64,000 nucleotides of DNA from Gammaproteobacteria bacterium (GTDB taxonomy: Bacteria > Pseudomonadota > Gammaproteobacteria > UBA4575): the NCBI GenBank assembly GCA_965221955.1, contig CBDCTA010000029.1, positions 512,001-576,000 on the forward strand, written 5' to 3'. The position numbers and the translations under genes are program-made. Of this stretch, positions 52,658-62,174 are shown one piece after another. The notes beneath the pieces are model-generated. The model saw only the letters and a list, made by a program, of their open reading frames with translations, was not told where the DNA came from and ran no database searches. Position 1 is the stretch's first letter; every line of letters begins with the position of its first letter.

Positions 52658-53362
52658 TTACAAGCCAAACTTAGGCAATATGATTTGTAAATACAAATCT
52701 GCAATTTTTTGATGACCGTCATTATTGGGATGAAAACCATCTTTTTTGCTGACTAGCATATCGCCAGGTTGGGCTTTGAAAAAATCTACAATAGGTACAT
52801 TATATTTTTGTGCTTGGCGCGTGATGGCTTGATTGAAAGCAGCTACTCGTTCAACTGTCACATCTCGATCTGGGTCTTCTCTAAATTTTTTAATTTGTGT
52901 TAAGTCTGGAAGATTCATGATCACTACAAATGCATTACTTTTGCTGCGCAAGCGACTTAGAATGTAAGCAAGATCTTCTTCAAATTCATCCACATCATTA
53001 CCGCCAATTAAATCATTTGCACCGGTCCAGATAGTGACTAGATTAATTTCTGTATCACGTTTGAGTGCTGCTTTTGCAGTTTTCTTAATTGCGGGAATAT
53101 CTGCAGTGGGAATACCGAGATTAAGCAAATTTACTTTTCTGCCACGATCTTCGAATCCGTCTTTAATCCGGTATACATAGCCGCGAGTGATGGGTTCAGC
53201 GCCTATGCCAAAGGCATCACTTGCACCTAGGGCAACATAGTTAACCGGTGGTAAATCATTCGCTGGACCTTGTTTGATATCGTCATCATCGGAGCTGCTG
53301 GCACAGCTTGCGATCAAAAGAACGCTGACAACTGGAATGAGCAAAGATCGTAATTTTTTCAT
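52658..53362 (-). CDS. SGNH/GDSL hydrolase lipoprotein
   Basis: Lipobox IASC, YVALGAS, GANDL, DGFHPN. Confidence 0.88.
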   Translation of the reverse strand: MKKLRSLLIPVVSVLLIASCASSSDDDDIKQGPANDLPPVNYVALGASDAFGIGAEPITRGYVYRIKDGFEDRGRKVNLLNLGIPTADIPAIKKTAKAALKRDTEINLVTIWTGANDLIGGNDVDEFEEDLAYILSRLRSKSNAFVVIMNLPDLTQIKKFREDPDRDVTVERVAAFNQAITRQAQKYNVPIVDFFKAQPGDMLVSKKDGFHPNNDGHQKIADLYLQIILPKFGL

Positions 53363-53485
53363 AATAGCCCCTGGGAGAAGTGTTTCTATTATATATGTGT
53401 CAAACCACCACGTGGGTGATTATCTAGAAGTGGACTATATAGGAGTGTGAAAATTCAGAAAATTTTCACCTTTGTAGCAACAACT

Positions 53486-53866
53486 TTATTCGGTTTGTGA
53501 TTTATTCAGCATGATTTTTGCGTTATGCATGCGCTTATAAAGAGGAGCGCATTCGGGAAGTACGGTATCGGTAAATTCTTGCCTAGACATTTTATGGTCG
53601 GAGGCATATTTTTTAACAAGCTTTATATACATATCGCAAATCGCGATTTCGTTCTGATAGTTTTTTTCTTTTCTTGATAATACTGCTGCTTGTTCAAAAT
53701 ATTTGGGCGCTGGCATGATACCGGTATCTAGAGATTTTTCAATTTCGCCTCTGCAACAATCCACAACTGTATTGATATCCGTTTCATCTGGATTTTTTGA
53801 TTGAGTCTGTAAAGTTTTTAATGGAATTATTTTTTGGATAATAGTACTTAGCTTTTCCGTAGCCAT
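53486..53866 (-). CDS. Hypothetical TPR-like protein
   Basis: PAPKYFEQAAVLSRKEKNYQNEIAIC helical motif; AAGGA SD. Confidence 0.7.
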   Translation of the reverse strand: MATEKLSTIIQKIIPLKTLQTQSKNPDETDINTVVDCCRGEIEKSLDTGIMPAPKYFEQAAVLSRKEKNYQNEIAICDMYIKLVKKYASDHKMSRQEFTDTVLPECAPLYKRMHNAKIMLNKSQTE

Positions 53867-54074
53867 CGTGTGTTCCTTTCAGATGTTAGGAATATATTCG
53901 TACAAAAGAATATGGCTGCGTAGGTTATCCCGATAGACGGACCGTTAGATTGTATGAAATTCTAATGGGTTCAATGAATTTTAATTATTGATTTTTGTAA
54001 GTAATAACGTTTTTTATTGCGTTAAATGTAACGAATGAAAGTGAATAAAAATTAATTGACTGAGATTGAATGAG

Positions 54075-54272
54075 TTACTCGAGTTTATTTACGAGTCGGT
54101 ATGCGCCAATCAGAATTCCAAAGCCAACATATAAACCTAATAAAGAAATAAATAATAACAAGCCCATTTCGAAGGGAAGCAGACGTGTTTTAACAGCATA
54201 GAACAAACCAAATACCGCGCATACGAATAACATCATGGCGGCAAAGACTAAAAATACTTTTTTCTTGTTCAA
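54075..54272 (-). CDS. Small two-TM hypothetical protein
   Basis: 65 aa, two hydrophobic helices. Confidence 0.6.
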   Translation of the reverse strand: MNKKKVFLVFAAMMLFVCAVFGLFYAVKTRLLPFEMGLLLFISLLGLYVGFGILIGAYRLVNKLE

Positions 54273-54392
54273 AGTAAGGGGCCTTTTGGCATATTGATGG
54301 AAGATTTCATTTTACAGGTCTCATCCTAATTCACATGTAGGATTCAGTACCTAATAAAATCAACAAGTTAGGAGCAGGCCGCTCTAGATATG

Positions 54393-54436
54393 TTGTAAAT
54401 ATTACAAATATATTTATAATGATGTAAATACATCAT
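54393..54436 (+). promoter_or_regulatory. Promoter/operator of the TA operon
   Basis: TTGTAA-N16-TATAAT overlapped by palindromes TTGTAA-ata-TTACAA and ATGATGTA-aa-TACATCAT. Confidence 0.65.
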
Positions 54437-54441
54437 AGGAG

Positions 54442-54819
54442 ATGATCATGAGTGCACAAGTTCAAAGGCTGCCTGCTGAAGGCGAAGTGTTGAGTAAAGC
54501 CTTATTGAATAGCAAAGAACACTTGGGTTTAACCAACACAGAGCTAGGTGAAATCATCGGTAAAGACCGAACTTATTTTACGCGTTTGCGTAATCACAAC
54601 GTGCTTGAGCCTGATAGTAAAGAAGGTGAATTGGCATTGCATGTGATTCGTATTTATCGATCTTTATACGCACTAGAAGGTGGTGACCTCGAAGCGATGG
54701 AAGAGTGGTTGAATACAGCGAATAAACATTTAAACGCTATACCTAAGGAGTTGCTTAAAAATGTGCAAGGGCTTATACAAGTTACGGAATACTTAGACGC
54801 TATGCGCGGCAAAGTGTAG
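54442..54819 (+). CDS. Xre/MbcA/ParS-type antitoxin
   Basis: N-terminal HTH (LGLTNTELGEIIG), C-terminal W..T.N.HL...P..LL..VQGL..V..YLDAMRG. Confidence 0.9.
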   Translation: MIMSAQVQRLPAEGEVLSKALLNSKEHLGLTNTELGEIIGKDRTYFTRLRNHNVLEPDSKEGELALHVIRIYRSLYALEGGDLEAMEEWLNTANKHLNAIPKELLKNVQGLIQVTEYLDAMRGKV

Positions 54820-54823
54820 CACT

Positions 54824-54950
54824 GAAGTTCTGATTTATCTTGCTATGTTGTTAAAAGCTCTCTCGCAATGCTCATGTATAAGTTTATACACTCCGCTTGC
54901 TCGAGATCTTTTGCCTAATAGCAGCCACTTCGTTAATAAATCAGAACTCC
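54824..54950 (+). repeat. Palindromic TIR element, copy E (between antitoxin and toxin)
   Basis: TIR GAAGTTCTGATTTAT / ATAAATCAGAACTCC (14/15); core CTCGCAATGCTCATGTATAA-gt-TTATACACTCCGCTTGCTCGAG. Confidence 0.88.
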
Positions 54951-54963
54951 CTTAAGCTTCATA

Positions 54964-55707
54964 ATGAGGCTAATTGTTAAAGAAGAGCATATTCAGCAGC
55001 TGCATGCAGAGGTGTTTCGAGTTGCTGAATCGCAGCAGAAGGTTGCAACCAATACTTTGGTAGATACGCTAGAAGAGCAACGGTTATTAGAAGAGATGCT
55101 GGATCGAGTAAAACCTCGAATTCCACAAGAGTGTGATCAATATGATTATCTAATCTACACACCGTTTCGTTATCCGCCGCTTAAACATGGTTCGCGCTTT
55201 GGAAAAAAACATCATTCGAGTATTTTTTATGGTTCTAAAAATATAGAAGCTGCTTTTGCAGAGTTGGCCTATTACCGATTTGTATATTATGACGGCATGA
55301 TGACCTCACCAAAAAAGAAGCAGAAAGTGACTCAGCACACATCTTTTAGGATTGATCTGCAAACTGAAAAGGGTGTGGTATTGAATGAGCAGCCATTCAA
55401 AAAATATAAAAATAAGATTAGTGATCCAACAAGTTATAGTGTGGCGCAGAAATTGGGTGAGGAGATGCGTGAAAAAGAGATCCAGGCATTTAGTTATTTT
55501 TCTGCAAGAGCAGAGAATCAAATCAATATAGGTATTTTTAGTTGTGAAGCCATCACCTGTAAAATACCTCAAGCATTAAGCCATTGGAGCTGTATTACCC
55601 GTGAGAAAAGTGTGACGATTCGCAGTCTGGATAGTCGTTGGAGTAGTATAAGCTTTGAGCTTAAGCAATTTTTAGTTGATGGAACATTACCATCTCCTGC
55701 GATATAG
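54964..55707 (+). CDS. RES-domain toxin (NAD+-acting family)
   Basis: FRVAESQ (R), TPFRYPP..GSRFG, AELAYYR (E), YFSAR (S); downstream of Xre antitoxin. Confidence 0.9.
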   Translation: MRLIVKEEHIQQLHAEVFRVAESQQKVATNTLVDTLEEQRLLEEMLDRVKPRIPQECDQYDYLIYTPFRYPPLKHGSRFGKKHHSSIFYGSKNIEAAFAELAYYRFVYYDGMMTSPKKKQKVTQHTSFRIDLQTEKGVVLNEQPFKKYKNKISDPTSYSVAQKLGEEMREKEIQAFSYFSARAENQINIGIFSCEAITCKIPQALSHWSCITREKSVTIRSLDSRWSSISFELKQFLVDGTLPSPAI

Positions 55708-55727
55708 GTTTCTTAAAAGGCTGGAAA

Positions 55728-55991
55728 ATGATTAAAAAAATAATGCTATCAGTGCTGGTTTTGCTCAGCACAATAATGACTTTGCATGCTGAAGATAATT
55801 ACTGTTATCAAGAACCAGATAAATGTACTGGAGGCGATATTTTAATTTTGAGTCTTTCTGAAGACGTGGCGAAATATTGTGATTTTGATAAACAGATAGT
55901 GTCGGTTGAAAGACGAACCTCCAGTAGTTCATTTAATAATGAAGATGTAGTGTGTGTAAAAATCACTACGCCCAGAAAAAAGTTGAAATAG
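55728..55991 (+). CDS. Small secreted cysteine-containing protein
   Basis: Signal peptide ending TLHA, four Cys, YCDFDKQIV motif. Confidence 0.65.
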   Translation: MIKKIMLSVLVLLSTIMTLHAEDNYCYQEPDKCTGGDILILSLSEDVAKYCDFDKQIVSVERRTSSSSFNNEDVVCVKITTPRKKLK

Positions 55992-56020
55992 AAAAGAGTT
56001 AAAGCAGTAAAAATATGAAG

Positions 56021-58122
56021 TTAAGCTTGTATAGCAATTTTACGTTGCAAGGTGTTTAGCTGGCCTTTGAGTTCAGTAAGTTTTTGTTTAGAAATTACCA
56101 ACATTTGGATCATAGAGAAGTGTATTTAGCATTTGTATTGTTGGTGTATATTCAGCTCTAGATACCATTGCTTTGCGTGATGATTTTTTCAATAAACTGA
56201 GTAGGCGTTTCTTGCAGATTTCTTTGAAAGCCTTTTTTGTTCAGCTTTGAAACAAAGCTCAGGAATACTTTTATTACTGGATGTGTTGGTTTTCGATGGT
56301 TTGATAAAAATAATGATAGGGCGACAAAAGTCGCGCTTAATAAAGCACCTAGCAATAATACAAAAGCAATTTTTATAGTGGATATTTTTCCGAATAGTTT
56401 TTGTAAAAAATCTGTCTGGCGTTCTGAGTTATAACCAAGGATAAATAAATTCCAGCGATGCTCTAAAGATTCAAATAGAAACATCATTTTTTGCAATCCT
56501 GGTACGCCATTGAGTCGCACATTAGTGAATGCAGATAGTGAGTCAAGATCATTTTCAGGTAAGGCGGCGCTCAAGCTGTCATGAATTCTTGAGGGTGCGA
56601 CCGCTGCGGTAGGGTCAACGCGCTGCCAGCCCTTATTTTTTTGCCAATATTCTACCCAAGCGTGCGCTAAATATTGTCGAACGACAACATGACCGGTAAG
56701 CGGGTTGACTTCGCCACCTTGATAGCCACCGACCATGCGTGCTGGAATCTTTGCTGCACGCAGCATATACACAAGCGCACCCGCGTAATGAGAGCAGAAA
56801 CCTTGGCGTGTATCAAACCAAAATTGATCAATACTATTTTGCTTTTCTAAAGTCGGTGGCTCAAGTGTGTAGTGATAAGGTTGGTTTCGAATATGATCGA
56901 GTACTTTGCTAACAAAATCTTCTATGTCTAAAGATTGTGCATATAAATCTTGAGCAAAAGCAATGGTACGTGGGTTGTCATTTTTATCTATTTGTGTTGC
57001 TTGAATTCTTAAAAATTCTGGTAACCAAGTGTTTAGTGTTGCGTTAGGGTAAGAGTCGACTTCGTACTGTAAAAGCGATTGTACAGTTTGTTGATGGGTG
57101 AGTTTGTAATTCCACATTAAGCCAGTGGACCGTGTTCTAGGAATGGCCAGGTCAATGCCAATAAGTGTTCGATCATAAGTGGGTTCTAATAAAATACTAT
57201 ATGAAATTTTTTCACTGTTATTTTTGCTTAACTCATTCGGTACAAACCAAGCTTGATTGAGATTGTGTGCCCAGCTTGTTTTCGGAATATTGTTGAACTT
57301 GCTGGGGATGGTAGCTTCGGACCATCTTCCGTCTTCAAAATTAGCAAATACTCTGCCACGCCAGTAGAGCTCACTTGTGGGGGGTACTGCATCTTTAAAA
57401 ATGGCGCGAAAAGCAATTTCATCTGAACGTGCTAGTTTTGAAATATCTCCAGGTGTAATTTCTGAACCTAGGCCAGTGCGAGCCTGTAGATTAGGACTGG
57501 AGATGGCCCACATTGGGCCAATGCGTGGGAATAACACAAATAAAACCACCATTAATGGAACCGCTTGCAGCAATATTTTGCTGGCCACTTTTAGAGACTC
57601 TACTGGTTTTACGCGCGTGTGGAATTGATTCATGCCCACCATTGCAGCTGTCACTAGAATTAATGCACAAAATTCATAAGCAACGATTCCCATGCTTTGT
57701 TTGAAGATGAATTGGATGGCGATTACGAAATAGGCAATGAATATGACGACATAAGCGTCGCGTTGAGTTTTCATTTCTAGCAACTTGAGTGCAAACGCCA
57801 TAACCAATAACGCGGCCCAGGTTTCGAGGTTTTGTGTAATACCTTCCGAAATAACAATTCCTGCTGCACTCGCTAATACTAAAGCTGCTTTGTGCCAAAA
57901 GGATAAAAAATTTCTGCGTCCTAAAAAAATCATCCAGCGCCAGGCCACACAAAATAAACTGGCGACGATAATCCAAATAGACACTTGTGAAACGTGAGGC
58001 ACCACTACAATTACAAATGCGCCCATTAAAATGATTAAACTATTACGTGGTATTTGTGCGACCACGCCATGTTGCCACTGGTTTTTTTGTTGCTTAATTA
58101 TGGAGGTCATGAGGAAGTCCAT
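56021..58122 (-). CDS. Membrane transglutaminase-like protein (TgpA/DUF3488 type); called ORF stops at 56158, C-terminus restored by removing two extra bases
   Basis: Multi-TM N-terminus, LYWRG, YTLEP, GFCSHYA (catalytic Cys), HAWVEYW, RVDPT. Confidence 0.88.
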
Positions 58123-59095
58123 ATAAAGCCAGCTCTTTTAACACTTGGTCTAAATGTACTTTGCCGGTGTTAGGCGGAATTTCTACCTGCGGGAGTTTGA
58201 GCCCAAATTCTTTGTCGTGGTTATATGCATTCAGTGCCATTCCAGTGAGCAGGCTCAAGCGTAATTCTGTGTCACCTTCGAGTTGATACCAATCTAAAAC
58301 CAGAAAGGAGTCAGCATACGCTGCAAATTGTTTAACCAACAATTCATCTTGGCGAGCATAACTTCGCCAAAGGATATGGCGTGGAGAATCTCCAGGGTGG
58401 TAGTTACGCATATCATGAAAATCATCACTGCCACTTCGATGGCTTAGGTGTCCTTCATCATCATCGCCAGTATTTTCAAATTGATGTTCATGAAAAAGCG
58501 GTTTTGGGTAAACGATGGCATTCGCATTTAAATCAATCCATGTCCAGGCGCGTAGTAAACCCAATGGATAATAAGTTTCTACCAACAGTCTTTTCGGGTT
58601 AAGCCATCCTCTTTGTTTGGCTTTTACGAAACAATGTGTAGTTGTGGAGGTGTTATCATATAACTCAACCCATTGTTTTACCTGATTTATCCAACCGATT
58701 TGAATGCCTTCACGTTTAGATTTTTCAGGTCGAATGACCTTGATAGAGAATTCAATGTCTTCATTTACAAACCCTGTACCAGTATTTTGTAATTCAAGCG
58801 TTATATTGGCTAGGTTCTTATAAGTATAGAAAATAGTAACGAAAAAAACGCTTGCTAACCAAAACGTGAGGCCGAAAACTAAGGAGTTTTCATAATTGAT
58901 AGCCGCTAATAGTAAGGCTAGTAATAAAATTGAAAATATGAACCCAACTCGTGTTGGGAAAATAAAAATAGATTTTTGATTGAGTGTGATACTTTTTTGC
59001 GGGGGAATTCGTCGGTTTAACCAATATTTAAATTGGTTTTTGAAAGGCCGTAGCGCCCAAATAGAACTATTGTTAGAGCTACTAAGTGAGGACAT
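58094..59095 (-). CDS. DUF58 family protein
   Basis: IFIFPT..G, AINY.N, YPLGL.RAW, VYPKP, R.Y.PGD..R.I.W. Confidence 0.9.
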   Translation of the reverse strand: MSSLSSSNNSSIWALRPFKNQFKYWLNRRIPPQKSITLNQKSIFIFPTRVGFIFSILLLALLLAAINYENSLVFGLTFWLASVFFVTIFYTYKNLANITLELQNTGTGFVNEDIEFSIKVIRPEKSKREGIQIGWINQVKQWVELYDNTSTTTHCFVKAKQRGWLNPKRLLVETYYPLGLLRAWTWIDLNANAIVYPKPLFHEHQFENTGDDDEGHLSHRSGSDDFHDMRNYHPGDSPRHILWRSYARQDELLVKQFAAYADSFLVLDWYQLEGDTELRLSLLTGMALNAYNHDKEFGLKLPQVEIPPNTGKVHLDQVLKELALYGLPHDLHN

Positions 59096-60053
59096 CTACA
59101 CCGGCAAGTAGTTTTTGGGCTAAAGAGATTCCGCCATGGCCGGTAAAATCAGCACTACCTCTTAAACGATGCTCGACAACACTAGGTAACACTTGTTGTA
59201 CATCTTCTGGAACGACATGAGTGCGCCGATGAATTAATGCCCAAGCTTTTGCTGCTCGCAATAATGACAGTGCGCCACGTGGGGATAAACCAAAAGCAAA
59301 TTCATTTTGTTTGCGTGAGTAATCCACTAATCGTTGAACGTAATCTAATAAAGTGTCTGCCACTTTTATTTGTTCGACTTCTGCTTGGATGGCGATGAGC
59401 TTTTCTGTACTCATCACAGCATGGAGTTTTTCTAATTGTTTGCGTCGGTCTCCTTCTGTTAACAACTTACGTTCCGCTTCTTGATCTGGATAACCTAGCT
59501 CGATACGCATTAAAAACCGATCCATTTGGGATTCGGGTAAAGGGTAGGTGCCTGTTTGAGTGGCAGGATTTTGTGTGGCAATCACAAAGAAAGGTTGAGG
59601 GAGTTGATGGGTCTCACCATCTACTGTAATGGTTTGTTCTTCCATGACCTCTAATAATGCGCTTTGACTTTTTGGTGTTGCACGATTAATTTCATCTGCA
59701 AGTAGCACTTGAGAAAATACGGGTCCGGGCATGAACCGAAAAGTGGAAGTGTTTTTATCAAAAATAGAAACGCCAATAACATCACTAGGTAATAAGTCAC
59801 TGGTAAACTGAATACGATTAAACTCGAGTCCTAGAATCTGTGCCAGAGTATGGGACAACAATGTTTTACCCATCCCAGGTAAGTCTTCGATGAGCAAATG
59901 TCCTCTTGCGAATAGGCATGCTAATGCCAAACGTATTTGAGTATCTTTTCCCAACAAAACTTTTGATACTCCCTCAATAACCGTATCGATAGTATCGGTT
60001 TGGGAGGTATTGACTTGTGAAAGCTTAGCAGTGTTGGATGTCGGTACCATCAT
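59082..60053 (-). CDS. MoxR-family AAA+ ATPase
   Basis: GHLLIED.PG.GKT, RIQFT.DLLPSD, LADEINRA.PK.QSALLE, ATQNP. Confidence 0.95.
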   Translation of the reverse strand: MMVPTSNTAKLSQVNTSQTDTIDTVIEGVSKVLLGKDTQIRLALACLFARGHLLIEDLPGMGKTLLSHTLAQILGLEFNRIQFTSDLLPSDVIGVSIFDKNTSTFRFMPGPVFSQVLLADEINRATPKSQSALLEVMEEQTITVDGETHQLPQPFFVIATQNPATQTGTYPLPESQMDRFLMRIELGYPDQEAERKLLTEGDRRKQLEKLHAVMSTEKLIAIQAEVEQIKVADTLLDYVQRLVDYSRKQNEFAFGLSPRGALSLLRAAKAWALIHRRTHVVPEDVQQVLPSVVEHRLRGSADFTGHGGISLAQKLLAGVDVLT

Positions 60054-60146
60054 TATTATGTCCTTAGCCGATAACCATAGCTTTAAATGTGCAGTTGGAC
60101 TAGGTCATTGGTCAGCTATACCTAGTCGATAGCTGCACTAAAAGGG

Positions 60147-60575
60147 TCATTTCCAACCTACGGGTTCGTAACCTTTGTCGATAAGACAGCGTTCAACGAT
60201 TTCTTTATACGCAGGGCTAGGGCCTTTGTTGCGTCGCATGCCTGAGAAGAATCGGTTCATACCACGGCTAATAGCTCCAACTGCGGCAGCAGTTCCAGCG
60301 TTTCCAGTTACTGCACCTGTAGCAGCACCTGTAGCGGCACCTTCAGTCGCACTGCCTGCAGTCTCTTTCGCGGTTTCAGTCGCACTGCTTGAAGAAGCAC
60401 CGCTATCTTTAGCCAGTTGTGTGCATTCGTTAATATCTTTACGTACCTGTTCATCACCCACTTCTTTCGCATGTTCGTTAGGGTATAAAACTGGTTGTGG
60501 TGTTGCGCAGGCAAAAAGTAGGCTTGATGCTGCTAATACAAAATATTTGACCGCATTCATTAATGATTCATCCAC
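60147..60575 (-). CDS. Glycine-zipper lipoprotein
   Basis: Lipobox LFAC, PVLYPN, GAATGAATGAVTG, VERCL..KGY...GW. Confidence 0.8.
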   Translation of the reverse strand: MDESLMNAVKYFVLAASSLLFACATPQPVLYPNEHAKEVGDEQVRKDINECTQLAKDSGASSSSATETAKETAGSATEGAATGAATGAVTGNAGTAAAVGAISRGMNRFFSGMRRNKGPSPAYKEIVERCLIDKGYEPVGWK

Positions 60576-60649
60576 TAAAGTAATTGGAATAGTGTTGAGT
60601 TAAATATAGACAAGTCTTCTGAGCAATAGTTACAAATATAAAGAGTTAT

Positions 60650-61528
60650 TTAAGGAATTTTAGACTCTAAATCCTCTACATTCACTTTAGGATGTGCTTG
60701 TTTGAACTTTTGTAATTGGCGAGCCGCTTCTGCATAGTCTTTGCGTGCCACCAACTTCTCGATCATCAGCAGCCAGTCTTCAACTGGAATCGGCGCAAAT
60801 TCTGATTCTCTTTCTTGTTTGGATTTTGTAGTTAACACACCATTGCTTAATCTTCCACTTTCTGAAGCCATATCTTCAGTTGTATCGGCATTTTTTTCTG
60901 AACGCGGTTTTTCACTTTGTGTCGATCTTTGTCTCATTAAACTTTCTGTTGCTTTATCTTGGAGATTCTCCATATCTCCTACAGGTTTTTCTAAACCTGG
61001 TTCTGACTCTAACAAGTCGCGTGAAATGGTTTGAGTTGGTTGTGTCTTTTTCTTTGCGGCAGGTTCAGCTTCACGCTCTTTGGAGGAAAGAGCGCCTTTC
61101 GAGACACTTTCATCAATGGGTACCTCATTTGAAGCATCAAAGTCTAATTTTTTATTAAATGAAGAAATATCGTCAACTGTTATTTCTTCCGCTTGATTTA
61201 AAATTCTATTTTCATCTTTGCCAGATTTACTTTGTTGTGAATCACTAGGTGCGGAGATATCTGGGATAGGGGGTAGTTTTAGTTGTTTTGGATTTTGATC
61301 TAATTGCACAATTAAACCAAACACAACGACAACACTGGCTGCAAGTGATAGAGGCACTTTCCAGCCGCCACCAAAATGGCTGCTTACGCCGCTAGATTTT
61401 TCTGCTTTAGCAGCATGATTAATAATTTCATAATTTAGCTTGGCCGAAGCCGTTTCCTTGGCACCTTCTTTATACAGCCGAGCTAAGACTTGATCATCAT
61501 TAGCATCGTTTTGTGAATGGTTTGTCAT
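60650..61528 (-). CDS. Putative anti-sigma factor (SbrR-like)
   Basis: Short cytoplasmic N-terminus, TM W.VPLSLAASVVVV, low-complexity linker, C-terminal EDWL..I..L......EA..QL..F...HP. Confidence 0.75.
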   Translation of the reverse strand: MTNHSQNDANDDQVLARLYKEGAKETASAKLNYEIINHAAKAEKSSGVSSHFGGGWKVPLSLAASVVVVFGLIVQLDQNPKQLKLPPIPDISAPSDSQQSKSGKDENRILNQAEEITVDDISSFNKKLDFDASNEVPIDESVSKGALSSKEREAEPAAKKKTQPTQTISRDLLESEPGLEKPVGDMENLQDKATESLMRQRSTQSEKPRSEKNADTTEDMASESGRLSNGVLTTKSKQERESEFAPIPVEDWLLMIEKLVARKDYAEAARQLQKFKQAHPKVNVEDLESKIP

Positions 61529-61531
61529 GTC

Positions 61532-62107
61532 TTAATCTAATATGGCGGCTTTAAGTTTATTCTTTGCATAACGTAAACGACTTTTTGCAGTTTCTGTTTT
61601 TACTTGAGTAATCTCTGCAATTTCTTGCACAGTCATTTCTTGTTCAAAATGTAAAATGGCGGCTTCTTTTTGATCAGCAGGTAATGCCTCTAAGGCTTGC
61701 ATGAAGAGTTTGCTTTTTTGTTTCAAAGTAAACTCATCTTCGGGTAAAGCTAAAGGCGTAGATATAGTAGTAAATTCCTCAGTTATCTCTGCATCTTCAA
61801 ATTCAACACTTTGAGAAGGCTTTGCTTTGCGATAAAAATCCACCAAAGTATTGTGTGCGATGGTAAATAGATAAGTCTTAAATTTTGCTTTGGGCTTGTA
61901 ACGTGCCGCACTCTTGATCAATTTAATCCACACCTCCTGGTAGAGTTCTTCTGATTGCTGTGTATCGCTGCAATGTTTAACGAAGTAGCGGTACAACACA
62001 TCTTTATGCCTTCTATACAATATTTCAAAGGCAGACTGTTCGCCTTGCTGATACTGCAACATCAGGTTTTCATCACTTATTGTATCTGTCTGTTGCATCT
62101 GCTCCAT
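61532..62107 (-). CDS. ECF sigma factor (SbrI-like)
   Basis: SDE.LM..Y..G...AF..LY.RH, EEL.QEVW, F.TYLF.IA.N...D, ETAKSRLRYA. Confidence 0.92.
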   Translation of the reverse strand: MEQMQQTDTISDENLMLQYQQGEQSAFEILYRRHKDVLYRYFVKHCSDTQQSEELYQEVWIKLIKSAARYKPKAKFKTYLFTIAHNTLVDFYRKAKPSQSVEFEDAEITEEFTTISTPLALPEDEFTLKQKSKLFMQALEALPADQKEAAILHFEQEMTVQEIAEITQVKTETAKSRLRYAKNKLKAAILD

Positions 62108-62174
62108 GGCAGGCAGCCTAGCGATGCCAATCGTTTAGTGCAATAGGGTCTACAATAGTGTTCTCCTATATAGA

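Noticed and set aside
36348-54950. Repeats as a CRISPR array or simple terminators
   Set aside because: Copies are dispersed, 125-250 bp long, without regular spacers or cas genes, and they lack the GC-stem plus U-tract form
60175-60603. 142-aa plus-strand ORF and the many other short ORFs overlapping known genes
   Set aside because: Antisense or alternate-frame shadows of well-supported genes, with no motifs of their own
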